IMG/VR virus record: IMGVR_UViG_3300008117_000123
Coordinates: 1-38,228 of that record
Length of the DNA stretch: 38,228 nucleotides
Source: a virus
Taxonomy: Duplodnaviria; Caudoviricetes
Strand: one strand, 5' to 3'
In this document: positions 1 through 8,581 of the stretch, one piece after another
Position numbering within the stretch: position 1 is the stretch's first letter
How the letters are laid out: each line of letters opens with the position of its first letter
The notes under the pieces: generated by a model
What the model was told of the DNA's origin: nothing
Database searches by the model: none
Seen by the model: the letters and a program-made list of their open reading frames with translations, nothing else
Made by a program: the position numbers and the translations under genes

Positions 1-603
1 GATTGGAGTAAATGTGGTCGTAGTAAAGGTGTAATTGCCGATGAAGATTATGTGGATCATCCTGTATGGGTTGAGAAATACACAAAGTATGTTAGACCCA
101 TTTGTGTGGCCATTCGTGTTGTGCTCGACTTTATTCACCCACCAATCAAATATGTAAAAATTGACCGCTATGATACATGGTCAATGGATTACACTTTGTC
201 ATATATCATTCTACCAATGCTTAAACAGTTGAAAGAAGAAACTCATGGTTCGCCATGGATTGATGATGAAGATGTGCCTGCTGAGTTGCGTGGTTCAAAA
301 AGAAAAACAAAATCAAAACGCCATTCTAATCCCGACATTCAAATGTTGGATATGAACGAGGACGATTTAATTCATAAACGCTGGGCATGGGTGCTCGATG
401 AAATGATTTGGGCTTTTGAACAGAAAGTTGCTGATGATCCTGAATCCAAATTCTTTGATTACACCGAATGTGGTGATAAATTACCTTGGGACGAAAATTA
501 TACTGGACCAAAGGTTGATTGGGATGGACTAAATGCACACAATGAAAGAAAGCGTAACGCATTTAGATTGTTTGGTAAGTATTATGAAAACTTATGGGAT
601 TAA
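1..603 (+). CDS. Conserved phage hypothetical protein, 5'-truncated
   Basis: Frame is open from base 1 (DWSKCGRSKG...) to TAA at 601-603. The GTG at 52 is probably internal. Confidence 0.75.
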   Translation, partial: DWSKCGRSKGVIADEDYVDHPVWVEKYTKYVRPICVAIRVVLDFIHPPIKYVKIDRYDTWSMDYTLSYIILPMLKQLKEETHGSPWIDDEDVPAELRGSKRKTKSKRHSNPDIQMLDMNEDDLIHKRWAWVLDEMIWAFEQKVADDPESKFFDYTECGDKLPWDENYTGPKVDWDGLNAHNERKRNAFRLFGKYYENLWD

Positions 604-606
604 ATT

Positions 607-852
607 ATGTTATCATATTATCGGTATTGGCAGGCTTTAAAACGATTGGAATCATCACAAAAAACCATCGAAACCATCGAAATGATGGCACCTGATGTAC
701 CAAATATGATACAAGCTCAACATGAAATGATTCAACGTGAGATGGAATATTACCAAGAAGAATCTCATAAGATTACCATAATATTGTTGACTTTAATTGT
801 GTTTTTTAGTATAATGTTAGTATTATACACTCAAGGAATGTTTCATGTTTAA
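607..852 (+). CDS. Small membrane protein
   Basis: 81-aa ORF with a C-terminal hydrophobic helix (ITIILLTLIVFFSIMLVLY), tightly packed with neighbours. Confidence 0.7.
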   Translation: MLSYYRYWQALKRLESSQKTIETIEMMAPDVPNMIQAQHEMIQREMEYYQEESHKITIILLTLIVFFSIMLVLYTQGMFHV

Positions 853-1111
853 AAAAATTAATGAATGGTTACAAGCAAATAAAACTTTGTTTTTTGTGGC
901 AGTTGTTGTGTTTGGTTTAACATTCTATTACACTCCATATTTTATTAATTCACCCGTCAATGGTAACTTTGATGGGAGCATTCAAAATAAATTAGTTTGG
1001 TCTGTTAAGGGTGAATGTTTTTTTGTTCGACCACTAAATCAAACCGATACATTATTAGTTCGTGTTAAAGATTGTGATAAAAGTGAAGTAATTCAAAAGG
1101 TAGGTAAATGA
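845..1111 (+). CDS. Small membrane-anchored protein
   Basis: N-terminal TM segment (LFFVAVVVFGLTFYY), AAGGA upstream, overlaps the previous stop. Confidence 0.7.
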   Translation: MFKKINEWLQANKTLFFVAVVVFGLTFYYTPYFINSPVNGNFDGSIQNKLVWSVKGECFFVRPLNQTDTLLVRVKDCDKSEVIQKVGK

Positions 1112-1281
1112 AAACAAACGGGGATTTTAAATTAAGTAAAGAAACAAAACGTATGCTTGCTCTGATGCCATCAGATAAACGAGGCCATTGGAAAAACATG
1201 ATGATTGAAGCTGAAGTGTTGGAAAAACGTGCCAAATTGGCCAAACTAAAAGAAAATAAATCTGAAAAAGGAGAAGTGTGA
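1108..1281 (+). CDS. Hypothetical 57-aa protein (not in ORF track)
   Basis: Manual translation MKTNGDFKLSKETKRMLALMPSDKRGHWKNMMIEAEV...GEV*. ATGA overlap upstream and TGATG overlap downstream fill the gap exactly. Confidence 0.75.
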   Translation: MKTNGDFKLSKETKRMLALMPSDKRGHWKNMMIEAEVLEKRAKLAKLKENKSEKGEV

Positions 1282-1538
1282 TGTCTTTATTTGTTGAAGT
1301 GGATTCAGTAGAAAAAGAATGTAAAGTAATTATTAATTTGGATGGTGTTAGTGAAGTTGCTCCTTTGAGTACCGGTGGTTGTGCACTATTTTTGCTACAT
1401 GGCGGTATTTTAAAAGTAAAAAATGAATATGATGAATTCAAACAATTCGCTATGCAAACCGTTTCAAGTGAAGATATTGCAAAACGTGTTAAAGCACTTA
1501 AAGGTAGCGCTAAACCGTTGGAGATTCCAACACTATGA
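1281..1538 (+). CDS. Hypothetical protein
   Basis: ATG coupled to the previous TGA, AAGGAG upstream. Confidence 0.7.
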   Translation: MSLFVEVDSVEKECKVIINLDGVSEVAPLSTGGCALFLLHGGILKVKNEYDEFKQFAMQTVSSEDIAKRVKALKGSAKPLEIPTL

Positions 1539-1816
1539 GCAGATTTACATTTATTTGTGAAGATGATCCAATGCCATTTGCTGATGCAATTGTCACCAAA
1601 AAAACGTTTGAGTTTAATGCCGATCATTTACATGGCGTTATTGGTGAATTTGAAACTTTTTTAAAAGGATGTGGATATCACATCGATGGTAATTTAGAAA
1701 TTGTAGAAGAATCGAAATCTCTCAGCCAAATTGAGCCAATTCAAAAAGTTGATCTCGATGATTTAGATTCTATCTTTAATGGTAAAAAAAGTCTGATTCG
1801 ATCTGATGAGTGTTGA
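1535..1816 (+). CDS. Hypothetical protein
   Basis: 93-aa ORF with ATGA overlap. Confidence 0.7.
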   Translation: MSRFTFICEDDPMPFADAIVTKKTFEFNADHLHGVIGEFETFLKGCGYHIDGNLEIVEESKSLSQIEPIQKVDLDDLDSIFNGKKSLIRSDEC

Positions 1817-2100
1817 TGAACGATTTATTTTATAATCTCTTTGATTGGATTCGTGATGACTGGCGAAGTGGTCGTTTCCGTTTTATTGTTGAGTTGTTGG
1901 CTTGGGCTATTAGTATTGGTTGCTCTATTACTATGGCACTTACCGTTCCGAACCCACCGTTACTTGTTTTATATCCTGTTTGGATTACTGGTTGTGCTCT
2001 GTATGCTTGGGCTAGTTATACTCGGAAATCATTTGGGATGCTTGCTAACTACATCTTGTTAACTACTATTGATACTATTGGTTTAATTAGAATGCTATGA
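1816..2100 (+). CDS. Small multi-pass membrane protein
   Basis: About three hydrophobic segments. The ATG at 1816 is coupled to the previous TGA. Confidence 0.7.
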   Translation: MNDLFYNLFDWIRDDWRSGRFRFIVELLAWAISIGCSITMALTVPNPPLLVLYPVWITGCALYAWASYTRKSFGMLANYILLTTIDTIGLIRML

Positions 2101-2687
2101 ATATATTTTATCTTGACCATAATCCTGTGAAGTGTGCTGAAATGCACGTTGACCGCCATGTTTGTAAAATGGTGATCGAGTATGCTCAGTTACTTTCTAC
2201 TGCACACCGAGTTCTTGATGGTGAGATGTACCTTGGTAAAACAACCAATAATCGTAATATCAAACGGTGGCGCCTGCCAGATGAACGTGAAGAACGATTG
2301 ATGAAGCCTACGATGATGAACCATCCATCAGCCATATGGGTTCGCCAAAGTAAGGCCAACTATACTTGGCTCTATAATATGTGGTGTGAACTACTTAAAG
2401 AGTTTACATATCGTTATGGTAAAGTTCATGCCACGGCACGATTGATACCTGACTTGGCTCGTGTACCGGATAATTGTCCAATTGGTTCATTTACTGGCCC
2501 CACACCTGCCATGCCAGATGAGTGTAAAGTGCCGAATAATTCATTACAATCCTATCATAACTATTATCGTATGAATAAATCACATCTTTGGTCATGGAAA
2601 GGTAAGATAAATAAAAGAGAAGTACCAGTCTTTATGAAAGAATGGTTTCGAAAAATGAATGAATCACTTGCCCATGAGTATAGTTAA
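2097..2687 (+). CDS. denV: Pyrimidine-dimer DNA glycosylase / endonuclease V (DenV)-like protein
   Basis: MNIFYLD...HVCKMVIEYAQLLSTAH and NHPSAIWVRQS...Y..L motifs typical of this family. Confidence 0.7.
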   Translation: MNIFYLDHNPVKCAEMHVDRHVCKMVIEYAQLLSTAHRVLDGEMYLGKTTNNRNIKRWRLPDEREERLMKPTMMNHPSAIWVRQSKANYTWLYNMWCELLKEFTYRYGKVHATARLIPDLARVPDNCPIGSFTGPTPAMPDECKVPNNSLQSYHNYYRMNKSHLWSWKGKINKREVPVFMKEWFRKMNESLAHEYS

Positions 2688-2968
2688 TGCCAACCTATGA
2701 TTTTTTAAATAAAGAAACAAACACAATCGAAGAACACCGTATGTCATATACGGTGTTAGATGAATTCATACAATCAAATCCACATTTACAACGATACCAT
2801 TCAGCCGAGAACCTACCAGTTTTTGGTGATGTGGGTCGTATGAATGTTCCTCGTACCAAAACTGCCGATTCTGCCTTTGAGAAAGGTGTCATACAACGAA
2901 TTAAAGATACGGTACCAGGAAATACACTACACAAATCACACAAGACAAAGTTGCCTAGAGAATGGTAA
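2687..2968 (+). CDS. Conserved T4-like hypothetical protein (FmdB-like MPTY start, no Cys)
   Basis: MPTYDF.N.ET N-terminus, TAATG coupling. Confidence 0.6.
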   Translation: MPTYDFLNKETNTIEEHRMSYTVLDEFIQSNPHLQRYHSAENLPVFGDVGRMNVPRTKTADSAFEKGVIQRIKDTVPGNTLHKSHKTKLPREW

Positions 2969-3085
2969 TAGTGAACAATCAACTTCCACTTCTACTTAAC
3001 ATCAGGAGGCCAGATAATGACAAAGTTAATCCTGTAGAATCCGCTTCTAAAATTCCAAAATATAATAATAACGATAGGAGTTTTA

Positions 3086-3235
3086 ATGAGCAAAAAAAGA
3101 ATGATGTCAAAACAACAGCGGCTATATTACGAATATCAAAACAAGGAAAAAATTCGGCAGGAATTGATAGAATATATAAAGTTACAAAGAGAAGTCGACC
3201 AATTAAAAGATTACAGGAAAAATAATGTTATTTGA
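3086..3235 (+). CDS. Hypothetical 49-aa basic/helical protein (not in ORF track)
   Basis: AGGAG at 3076-3080 then ATG. Translates as MSKKRMMSKQQRLYYEYQNKEKIRQELIEYIKLQREVDQLKDYRKNNVI* and overlaps the rSAM start. Confidence 0.55.
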   Translation: MSKKRMMSKQQRLYYEYQNKEKIRQELIEYIKLQREVDQLKDYRKNNVI

Positions 3236-4676
3236 AATACACGCTGAAAAATCAAAAGATGATAAGAAAATATTTTATTATGATAACATGAGCAATATTT
3301 TAAAGGACGCCAATGGTATCGTATATGAATATCCGCAACCAATTGAAATTCCTAAAGAATACACAAAACCATATAAAGCATTTAATAAAAACAATCCTTT
3401 AAAGAAATCAAAGTTAATCACAACACTTAAAATTCAAATGGGATTAAGTTGTAATTATTCTTGTGATTATTGCTCACAAAAATTTGTTGAACGTATGCCT
3501 GAAACATCTAAAAAAGACATTGATGCTTTTATGAAAAAATTAGAAGTTTTAGAATTTGATGAAAGTAAAGGATTGAAAATAGAATTTTGGGGTGGTGAAC
3601 CATTTGTTTATTGGAAAACAATGAAACCACTAGCAGAATTGTTGGCAGAAAAATTTGAGAATTGGGAAAGAAAACCAAGATTTTCTGTTATTACAAACGG
3701 ATCTATTCTTACAGATGATATTATTGATTGGTTGATGATGTATGATTTTGATGTGGCCATTTCACATGATGGACCTGGTCAATCAGTTCGTGGGCCAGAT
3801 CCGTTTGACGATCCTGAACAAAAAGAAAGAATATTGGGTTTTTATAGAATGATGAAACGTTTGGGTAAAGTAATAAGTTTTAATCCTATGATGAACGCAA
3901 AAAATAGAAGTCGTAAAGAAGTTTATGAATGGTTTGTGAATTTAACTGGTGATGAATTTGTAACACTAGGTGAAGGAGGTATCGTAGATGCTTACGATGA
4001 AGAAGGAATTTCAAATTCTTTACTAACAAAAAAAGACCATTTTGAATATCGAAGAACGGCTTTTGCTGACATATTTTCCACAGGCGGCAAAATTGGATTC
4101 ACTATTCCAAAAGAAAAAACGTTTCAATTTACCAAAAGTGTTCTTGCTCACCGAAAATCGGATTTTTTAGGTCAAAAATGTGGCATGGATGAAGAACAAG
4201 CTTTAGCTGTAGATTTGCGTGGTAATGTAATGACGTGCCAAAACGTAAGTTCTCTTGAAATGTCAAAAAATGGCGAGTCGCATCACGGAGGTACATTAGA
4301 AGATTATGATAATGTATCAATTAAATCATCAACACATTGGTCGAACCGTAAAGAATGTTCTGGTTGTCCTGTACTACATATTTGTAAGGGTGCCTGTATG
4401 TTTTTGGATGAAAAATTTTGGGACATATCTTGTGCAAATTCATATTCGGATAACATACCATTTTTTGTTTTAGCTATACAGGATATAACAGGTTATATAC
4501 CAACACTCATAAAAGGTGATGGTCTACCACTCGAAAGGCAAGATATTTTTGGTACAATTTACGAACATAAGGAAGATTTGAAAAAGAAAATTATACCTAT
4601 CAAAATAATTAGTGAGAAGATTGGTGTGATTGAAGGTGTCGAAATTTACGGAAAATCCAAAGTAGAAACAATATAA
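3225..4676 (+). CDS. Radical SAM enzyme with SPASM domain (peptide/protein maturase type)
   Basis: CNYSCDYC (CxxxCxxC, nt 3450-3473), WGGEP, ITNG and SHDGP motifs. C-terminal SPASM cysteines: KCG...GNVMTC...CSGCPVLHICKGAC...SC. Confidence 0.93.
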   Translation: MLFEIHAEKSKDDKKIFYYDNMSNILKDANGIVYEYPQPIEIPKEYTKPYKAFNKNNPLKKSKLITTLKIQMGLSCNYSCDYCSQKFVERMPETSKKDIDAFMKKLEVLEFDESKGLKIEFWGGEPFVYWKTMKPLAELLAEKFENWERKPRFSVITNGSILTDDIIDWLMMYDFDVAISHDGPGQSVRGPDPFDDPEQKERILGFYRMMKRLGKVISFNPMMNAKNRSRKEVYEWFVNLTGDEFVTLGEGGIVDAYDEEGISNSLLTKKDHFEYRRTAFADIFSTGGKIGFTIPKEKTFQFTKSVLAHRKSDFLGQKCGMDEEQALAVDLRGNVMTCQNVSSLEMSKNGESHHGGTLEDYDNVSIKSSTHWSNRKECSGCPVLHICKGACMFLDEKFWDISCANSYSDNIPFFVLAIQDITGYIPTLIKGDGLPLERQDIFGTIYEHKEDLKKKIIPIKIISEKIGVIEGVEIYGKSKVETI

Positions 4677-4679
4677 ATA
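4672..4679 (+). promoter_or_regulatory. T4-type late promoter TATAAATA
   Basis: Perfect gp55 consensus overlapping the rSAM stop codon, 27 nt before the ATG at 4707. gp33 is encoded in the window. Confidence 0.75.
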
Positions 4680-4706
4680 CTGAATAATAAAGATTAGGAC
4701 GTAAAA

Positions 4707-5654
4707 ATGACATTACCATCATCTGGACCAATATCCGTATCGCAAATTAATCAAGAAATTGGTCAATCATCAACATATTCTAGTGATTTAAATTTTTTAA
4801 ACAATTTAGTGTTGCCGTCTATACGACCAGGTACTCCTAATATGGCTGGATTTTATGGCCTAAGTTATTTTCAAAAAAATACTGCAGGAAATTGCAACGG
4901 CACGGGAATTAATAATTGCTGTGAAAACTGCGCTTCAGGAAATTGTCCTGTAGTTGACCCATCAAATTGTAATTGTGGATGCGGTGATCAAAGTCAAAAT
5001 TGCCATGTGTGTGCTAATTGTGGAGCTATTAATTGTGCAAATTGTGATAGCCAATCATGGTTACAAACAGGAAATTGTAATCAACAACCGCCACCAACAT
5101 ATAATTGTACAAGTTTTCAATGTTATGCTCAAGCTTGTAATTGTTCAAAAATTATTTGTCATAAATTATATCAACTCGGTATGATGCCCCATGATATTTT
5201 TTATGCTGACCAAAAATATGGTAATTGGTTGAGAGAAAATGATCCAGAAGTTTATGCTGGTTATATTCGTTGGGCTCAAGTTATTGTTGATGGCATGGAA
5301 GGCAAATCTCCGGACTTTATGCTTTGGATGTCCAAAGATGAACGTAAAAAAGCTGAAAAACAAAAATTTATTAAGTGGGCTCACCGTATAGCAACTCCTT
5401 GGTCGCAACATATGGCTTATATTATGAATATTGTGAATAGAGATAATGATATTGGCCGTATATTGATGCGTGTTGGTCGACCAATTAGCCGTTTGGTAGG
5501 TAAGTTACCAAATAAAAATAAACCAGTTGGTTTATTGACCGTATATTTTATTTGGATTACATTTGCGGGAACATATTACTCAGCAGAAATTTATTCTAAA
5601 ATAGTTAAATTATTTAATAATAAATTATTCATAAGGAAAAAATACAATGAATGA
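4707..5654 (+). CDS. Cys/Asn-rich protein with virion-type N-terminus; putative rSAM/oxygenase substrate
   Basis: N-terminus MTLPSSGPISVSQINQEIG. Residues 62-146 hold 18 Cys, 13 of them in Asn-Cys dipeptides. C-terminal KIIC..LY..G...GY..WA domain followed by a hydrophobic helix and a basic tail. Confidence 0.75.
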   Translation: MTLPSSGPISVSQINQEIGQSSTYSSDLNFLNNLVLPSIRPGTPNMAGFYGLSYFQKNTAGNCNGTGINNCCENCASGNCPVVDPSNCNCGCGDQSQNCHVCANCGAINCANCDSQSWLQTGNCNQQPPPTYNCTSFQCYAQACNCSKIICHKLYQLGMMPHDIFYADQKYGNWLRENDPEVYAGYIRWAQVIVDGMEGKSPDFMLWMSKDERKKAEKQKFIKWAHRIATPWSQHMAYIMNIVNRDNDIGRILMRVGRPISRLVGKLPNKNKPVGLLTVYFIWITFAGTYYSAEIYSKIVKLFNNKLFIRKKYNE

Positions 5655-5973
5655 AAATGAAATCGTCATCGAGAGAGATTTATTGCATGAGTATGTTGAT
5701 TACTACTTCAACAATATTTTTTTCAATGCAATACTAAATTTACCTGAAGAACAACGTGCAAACGTCTTTACCATGTTAACAACTCATGTGAATGTGTTGT
5801 CCGAATTATTAAATGCTGGCAATCACCCGATATTGGACCACATCAAAGGCACACCATGGCAGACAGCAAACACAGCTTCGGAAATGAGTACAGAAGTTCG
5901 AATTAATCGTGAGCAAGCACAACCTTTGATTATGGCATATGATGAGTGGAAATCAAATAGAACAACTGAATGA
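5647..5973 (+). CDS. Hypothetical protein within the modification cluster
   Basis: 108-aa ORF, AAGGA upstream, overlaps both neighbours. Confidence 0.7.
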   Translation: MNENEIVIERDLLHEYVDYYFNNIFFNAILNLPEEQRANVFTMLTTHVNVLSELLNAGNHPILDHIKGTPWQTANTASEMSTEVRINREQAQPLIMAYDEWKSNRTTE

Positions 5974-6664
5974 CCGTGAAAAGTTTCACTGGTATCAAAA
6001 TGCGCAAAACTTATTTTGGAAATCTCCAATATGGGAAGTTCAAACAAAATTTAATGCAGAATTCAATAAAAAACTACTAGACGAAATTTATAGTATAGGT
6101 TATGGCATCGCCACTGGCCAAGATAAAAAACCAAAAGACAGCATATGGGATTATGACAAGCCCAATCTAAACATTATCAAACAAGAAATTATTGATATTG
6201 TTACAAAAACAATAACCCAACAAATTCCAGAAATCAGAATGTTAAACCTTAAAGGTTGTGAGCACTTCTTTGGCTGGGTTAATGTGCATGAACCGGGAGA
6301 AGGTTTAGAAGTACATGGCCATACAGAATCCGCTATTGCGGCCACATATTACATACAAGCACCAGAAGGATGTGGAGAGTTGGTACTATTTGACAGTTCC
6401 AACGCAATTGATTGGAAAAACACCACTTTAACCGGTACGCCTGTAGTGAAAGAACGAAGAATCAAACCTATTGAAGGTAAATTGGTCTTTACACCATCAT
6501 ATGTTCTTCATGGTGTAACGGAGAATAAATCAAATGATTTACGTATATCTTTATCTACCGATTTACGAAAGGTGGTTGACAAAAACACCAATAATACTGT
6601 AATATTAAAAAGTTGGGCCAGTCGAATGAAAAAAATTAAAGAATGGAAATGTTCACAAAGTTAA
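5939..6664 (+). CDS. 2OG-Fe(II) oxygenase (TIGR02466-like)
   Basis: WVN...VHGH...ATYY...GELVLFD...EGKLVFTPSYVLHGV...RISLS. Confidence 0.85.
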   Translation: MMSGNQIEQLNDREKFHWYQNAQNLFWKSPIWEVQTKFNAEFNKKLLDEIYSIGYGIATGQDKKPKDSIWDYDKPNLNIIKQEIIDIVTKTITQQIPEIRMLNLKGCEHFFGWVNVHEPGEGLEVHGHTESAIAATYYIQAPEGCGELVLFDSSNAIDWKNTTLTGTPVVKERRIKPIEGKLVFTPSYVLHGVTENKSNDLRISLSTDLRKVVDKNTNNTVILKSWASRMKKIKEWKCSQS

Positions 6665-7182
6665 ATTATGAGTTTTCTAAACCCATATATGCCGTTACAC
6701 AGGGGTTGAATACGTTTACGGGTGTTGATAATAAAGGTATAGATTATAAAAAGATATGGTCACCTGAACCCGAAATAATGTATAAGATTTTACCTAAAAA
6801 ATATTGGGAAGATTTTTATTTAACTGTTATGACCATCAATCGAAATATACCACCACATACAGATAGTGATATATTAACCACAATTAATTTTTACATTGAA
6901 ACTGATAACTGTAAAACGATATATTATGAACCTTTGGTAGATGATTTGCAGATATTTCAAATAAAAAATCAAACAAATGGATTCATATACAAAAAAGAGC
7001 AATTAAAAGAAGTTGGTAGTTTCGTGGCACAACCAATGGAAGTTTGGGTATTAAATGTTAAGAAAATTCATAGTGTCGAATCGGATAAAGAAGAACCTTT
7101 TAGAAAAGCCGTAACTTTAGGCACAAGAAAACATAATTATGAATCGGTGTGTGAGATGTTAAAAGAAACTGGATGTCTATGA
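6643..7182 (+). CDS. Putative 2OG-Fe(II) oxygenase (DSBH fold)
   Basis: IPPHTD (HxD), distal IHSV and RKAV; INFY strand. Confidence 0.7.
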   Translation: MEMFTKLNYEFSKPIYAVTQGLNTFTGVDNKGIDYKKIWSPEPEIMYKILPKKYWEDFYLTVMTINRNIPPHTDSDILTTINFYIETDNCKTIYYEPLVDDLQIFQIKNQTNGFIYKKEQLKEVGSFVAQPMEVWVLNVKKIHSVESDKEEPFRKAVTLGTRKHNYESVCEMLKETGCL

Positions 7183-7808
7183 ATATAATTCGTAATGATT
7201 GGTGGGTGACACCGGTGTGGGAAATACAAACAGATTTTGATGAAAAATTTAATGATAATTTATTAAGTGAATTGAAATATTTTTACACAGATGAAAAAAT
7301 TAAAAATATCAAAGATTCTAATATATGGGTGATGAATACACCTTATGTAAAATCATTAAATGATTATATAATTAAAATGGTGACAGAACTTACTTATGAT
7401 TATGTTGCAAAAAATTATGATGAATATGAATTTCATCACACAAGAGGTTGGGTTAACTATAGTTTACCTGGACAATCCATGGCAATACATGATCATGGAG
7501 GTAGTAAAATAACAGCAACATACTATATACAAACAGATGATGATTGTGGTGACCTATTATTAATTGATCCCCGTGGTGGTGTAGATTGGGACAAAGAGGT
7601 TTATAAAAATGTTAATGGAGCTAAATTTAAAAAAATAATACCGAAACCAGGAAAACTTGTATTTTTTCCATCATATGTTTTACATTCTGTAGATGTTAAT
7701 AAATCTAAAAATATGAGAATTTCATTGTCTACCGATATGCAAACATTTTCAACTAATCTATTGAACAATTTTATAGAAATGAAAGAAAAACAAAAAAATG
7801 TGGTATGA
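7173..7808 (+). CDS. 2OG-Fe(II) oxygenase (TIGR02466-like), paralogue of 5939-6664
   Basis: GWVN...HDH...ATYY...GDLLLIDPRG...PGKLVFFPSYVLHSV...RISLSTD. Confidence 0.85.
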   Translation: MSMNIIRNDWWVTPVWEIQTDFDEKFNDNLLSELKYFYTDEKIKNIKDSNIWVMNTPYVKSLNDYIIKMVTELTYDYVAKNYDEYEFHHTRGWVNYSLPGQSMAIHDHGGSKITATYYIQTDDDCGDLLLIDPRGGVDWDKEVYKNVNGAKFKKIIPKPGKLVFFPSYVLHSVDVNKSKNMRISLSTDMQTFSTNLLNNFIEMKEKQKNVV

Positions 7809-8580
7809 AAAATTAGATATTCAATTTGATATTGAAAAATTAAGAAAAGAAGTAGAAGAAAGTGTTTTTCCTCTAGGTGATCAAGTTGTTCAAGGTGAAG
7901 AATTTGAAACACAAAATTATCATGGGTTTGGTGGTTGGAGTATTTTGAGTAGGCGTGGTGATTGGAAAGATGGTTGGGAAGTTGTTCAGCATGAACATGG
8001 ATTAAAATTAGAAAATTTTCTACCGACAAGAGAATTGATTATGAAGTCGTACAAACATTTTAATATTGCTCACAGTTTGGAGCACGATAGACCAACTCAA
8101 GCTTGTGTCGGAGAAATTAAAAAGGTTGTAGATAAATTGAAAGATTTGGGATTTGAACCAAGGCGAGTAAGAATAACTTGTTTACAGCCTCATTGTAAGA
8201 GCTTGGTGCACAAAGATGCTGAAACAACAGATTATATGGCCAGAATACACATACCATTATGGACAAACAAAAAGTGTGTTCATATATGTCAAGGAAAAAA
8301 TTTACATATGCCGGCCGATGGATCAGCATACATTGTTTGGGTGAATTTGTGGCATCAAATTAGAAATGATTCCGATGAGCCTAGATATCATATTATAATG
8401 GATGCTTACGATACTAAAAAAATAACAAAGTTTTTTAAGTATGAAGGTGAATTTCAACAGTTAGAAGATTTCACCAGAAAATTTAGGCAAGATATAGAAG
8501 AAGCGGAGCTAACACAAGAAGATATTGACTTCTTTGAAGCTATTAAAGAGAAATATGTAACCAACTATAACGTAACGTAA
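7798..8580 (+). CDS. Aspartyl/asparaginyl beta-hydroxylase-like 2OG-Fe(II) oxygenase
   Basis: R.RIT.L.P...L.VHKD...RIHIPLWTN...HMPADG...VN..HQIRN....RYHII. Confidence 0.8.
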   Translation: MWYEKLDIQFDIEKLRKEVEESVFPLGDQVVQGEEFETQNYHGFGGWSILSRRGDWKDGWEVVQHEHGLKLENFLPTRELIMKSYKHFNIAHSLEHDRPTQACVGEIKKVVDKLKDLGFEPRRVRITCLQPHCKSLVHKDAETTDYMARIHIPLWTNKKCVHICQGKNLHMPADGSAYIVWVNLWHQIRNDSDEPRYHIIMDAYDTKKITKFFKYEGEFQQLEDFTRKFRQDIEEAELTQEDIDFFEAIKEKYVTNYNVT

Positions 8581-8581
8581 A

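Noticed and set aside
1127-1627. 166-aa minus-strand ORF
   Set aside because: It overlaps three well-coupled plus-strand genes and has no recognisable motif.
2962-3225. 87-aa GTG ORF from the track
   Set aside because: The alternative frame 3086-3235 has a clear AGGAG RBS and ATG. The track ORF is not fully excluded.
5939-8580. Oxygenases as collagen prolyl-4-hydroxylases or DNA-modifying enzymes
   Set aside because: Y-position Pro is rare in the fibres, the genes are about 18 kb away, and I saw no TET/JBP or AlkB signature. Disfavoured but not disproved.
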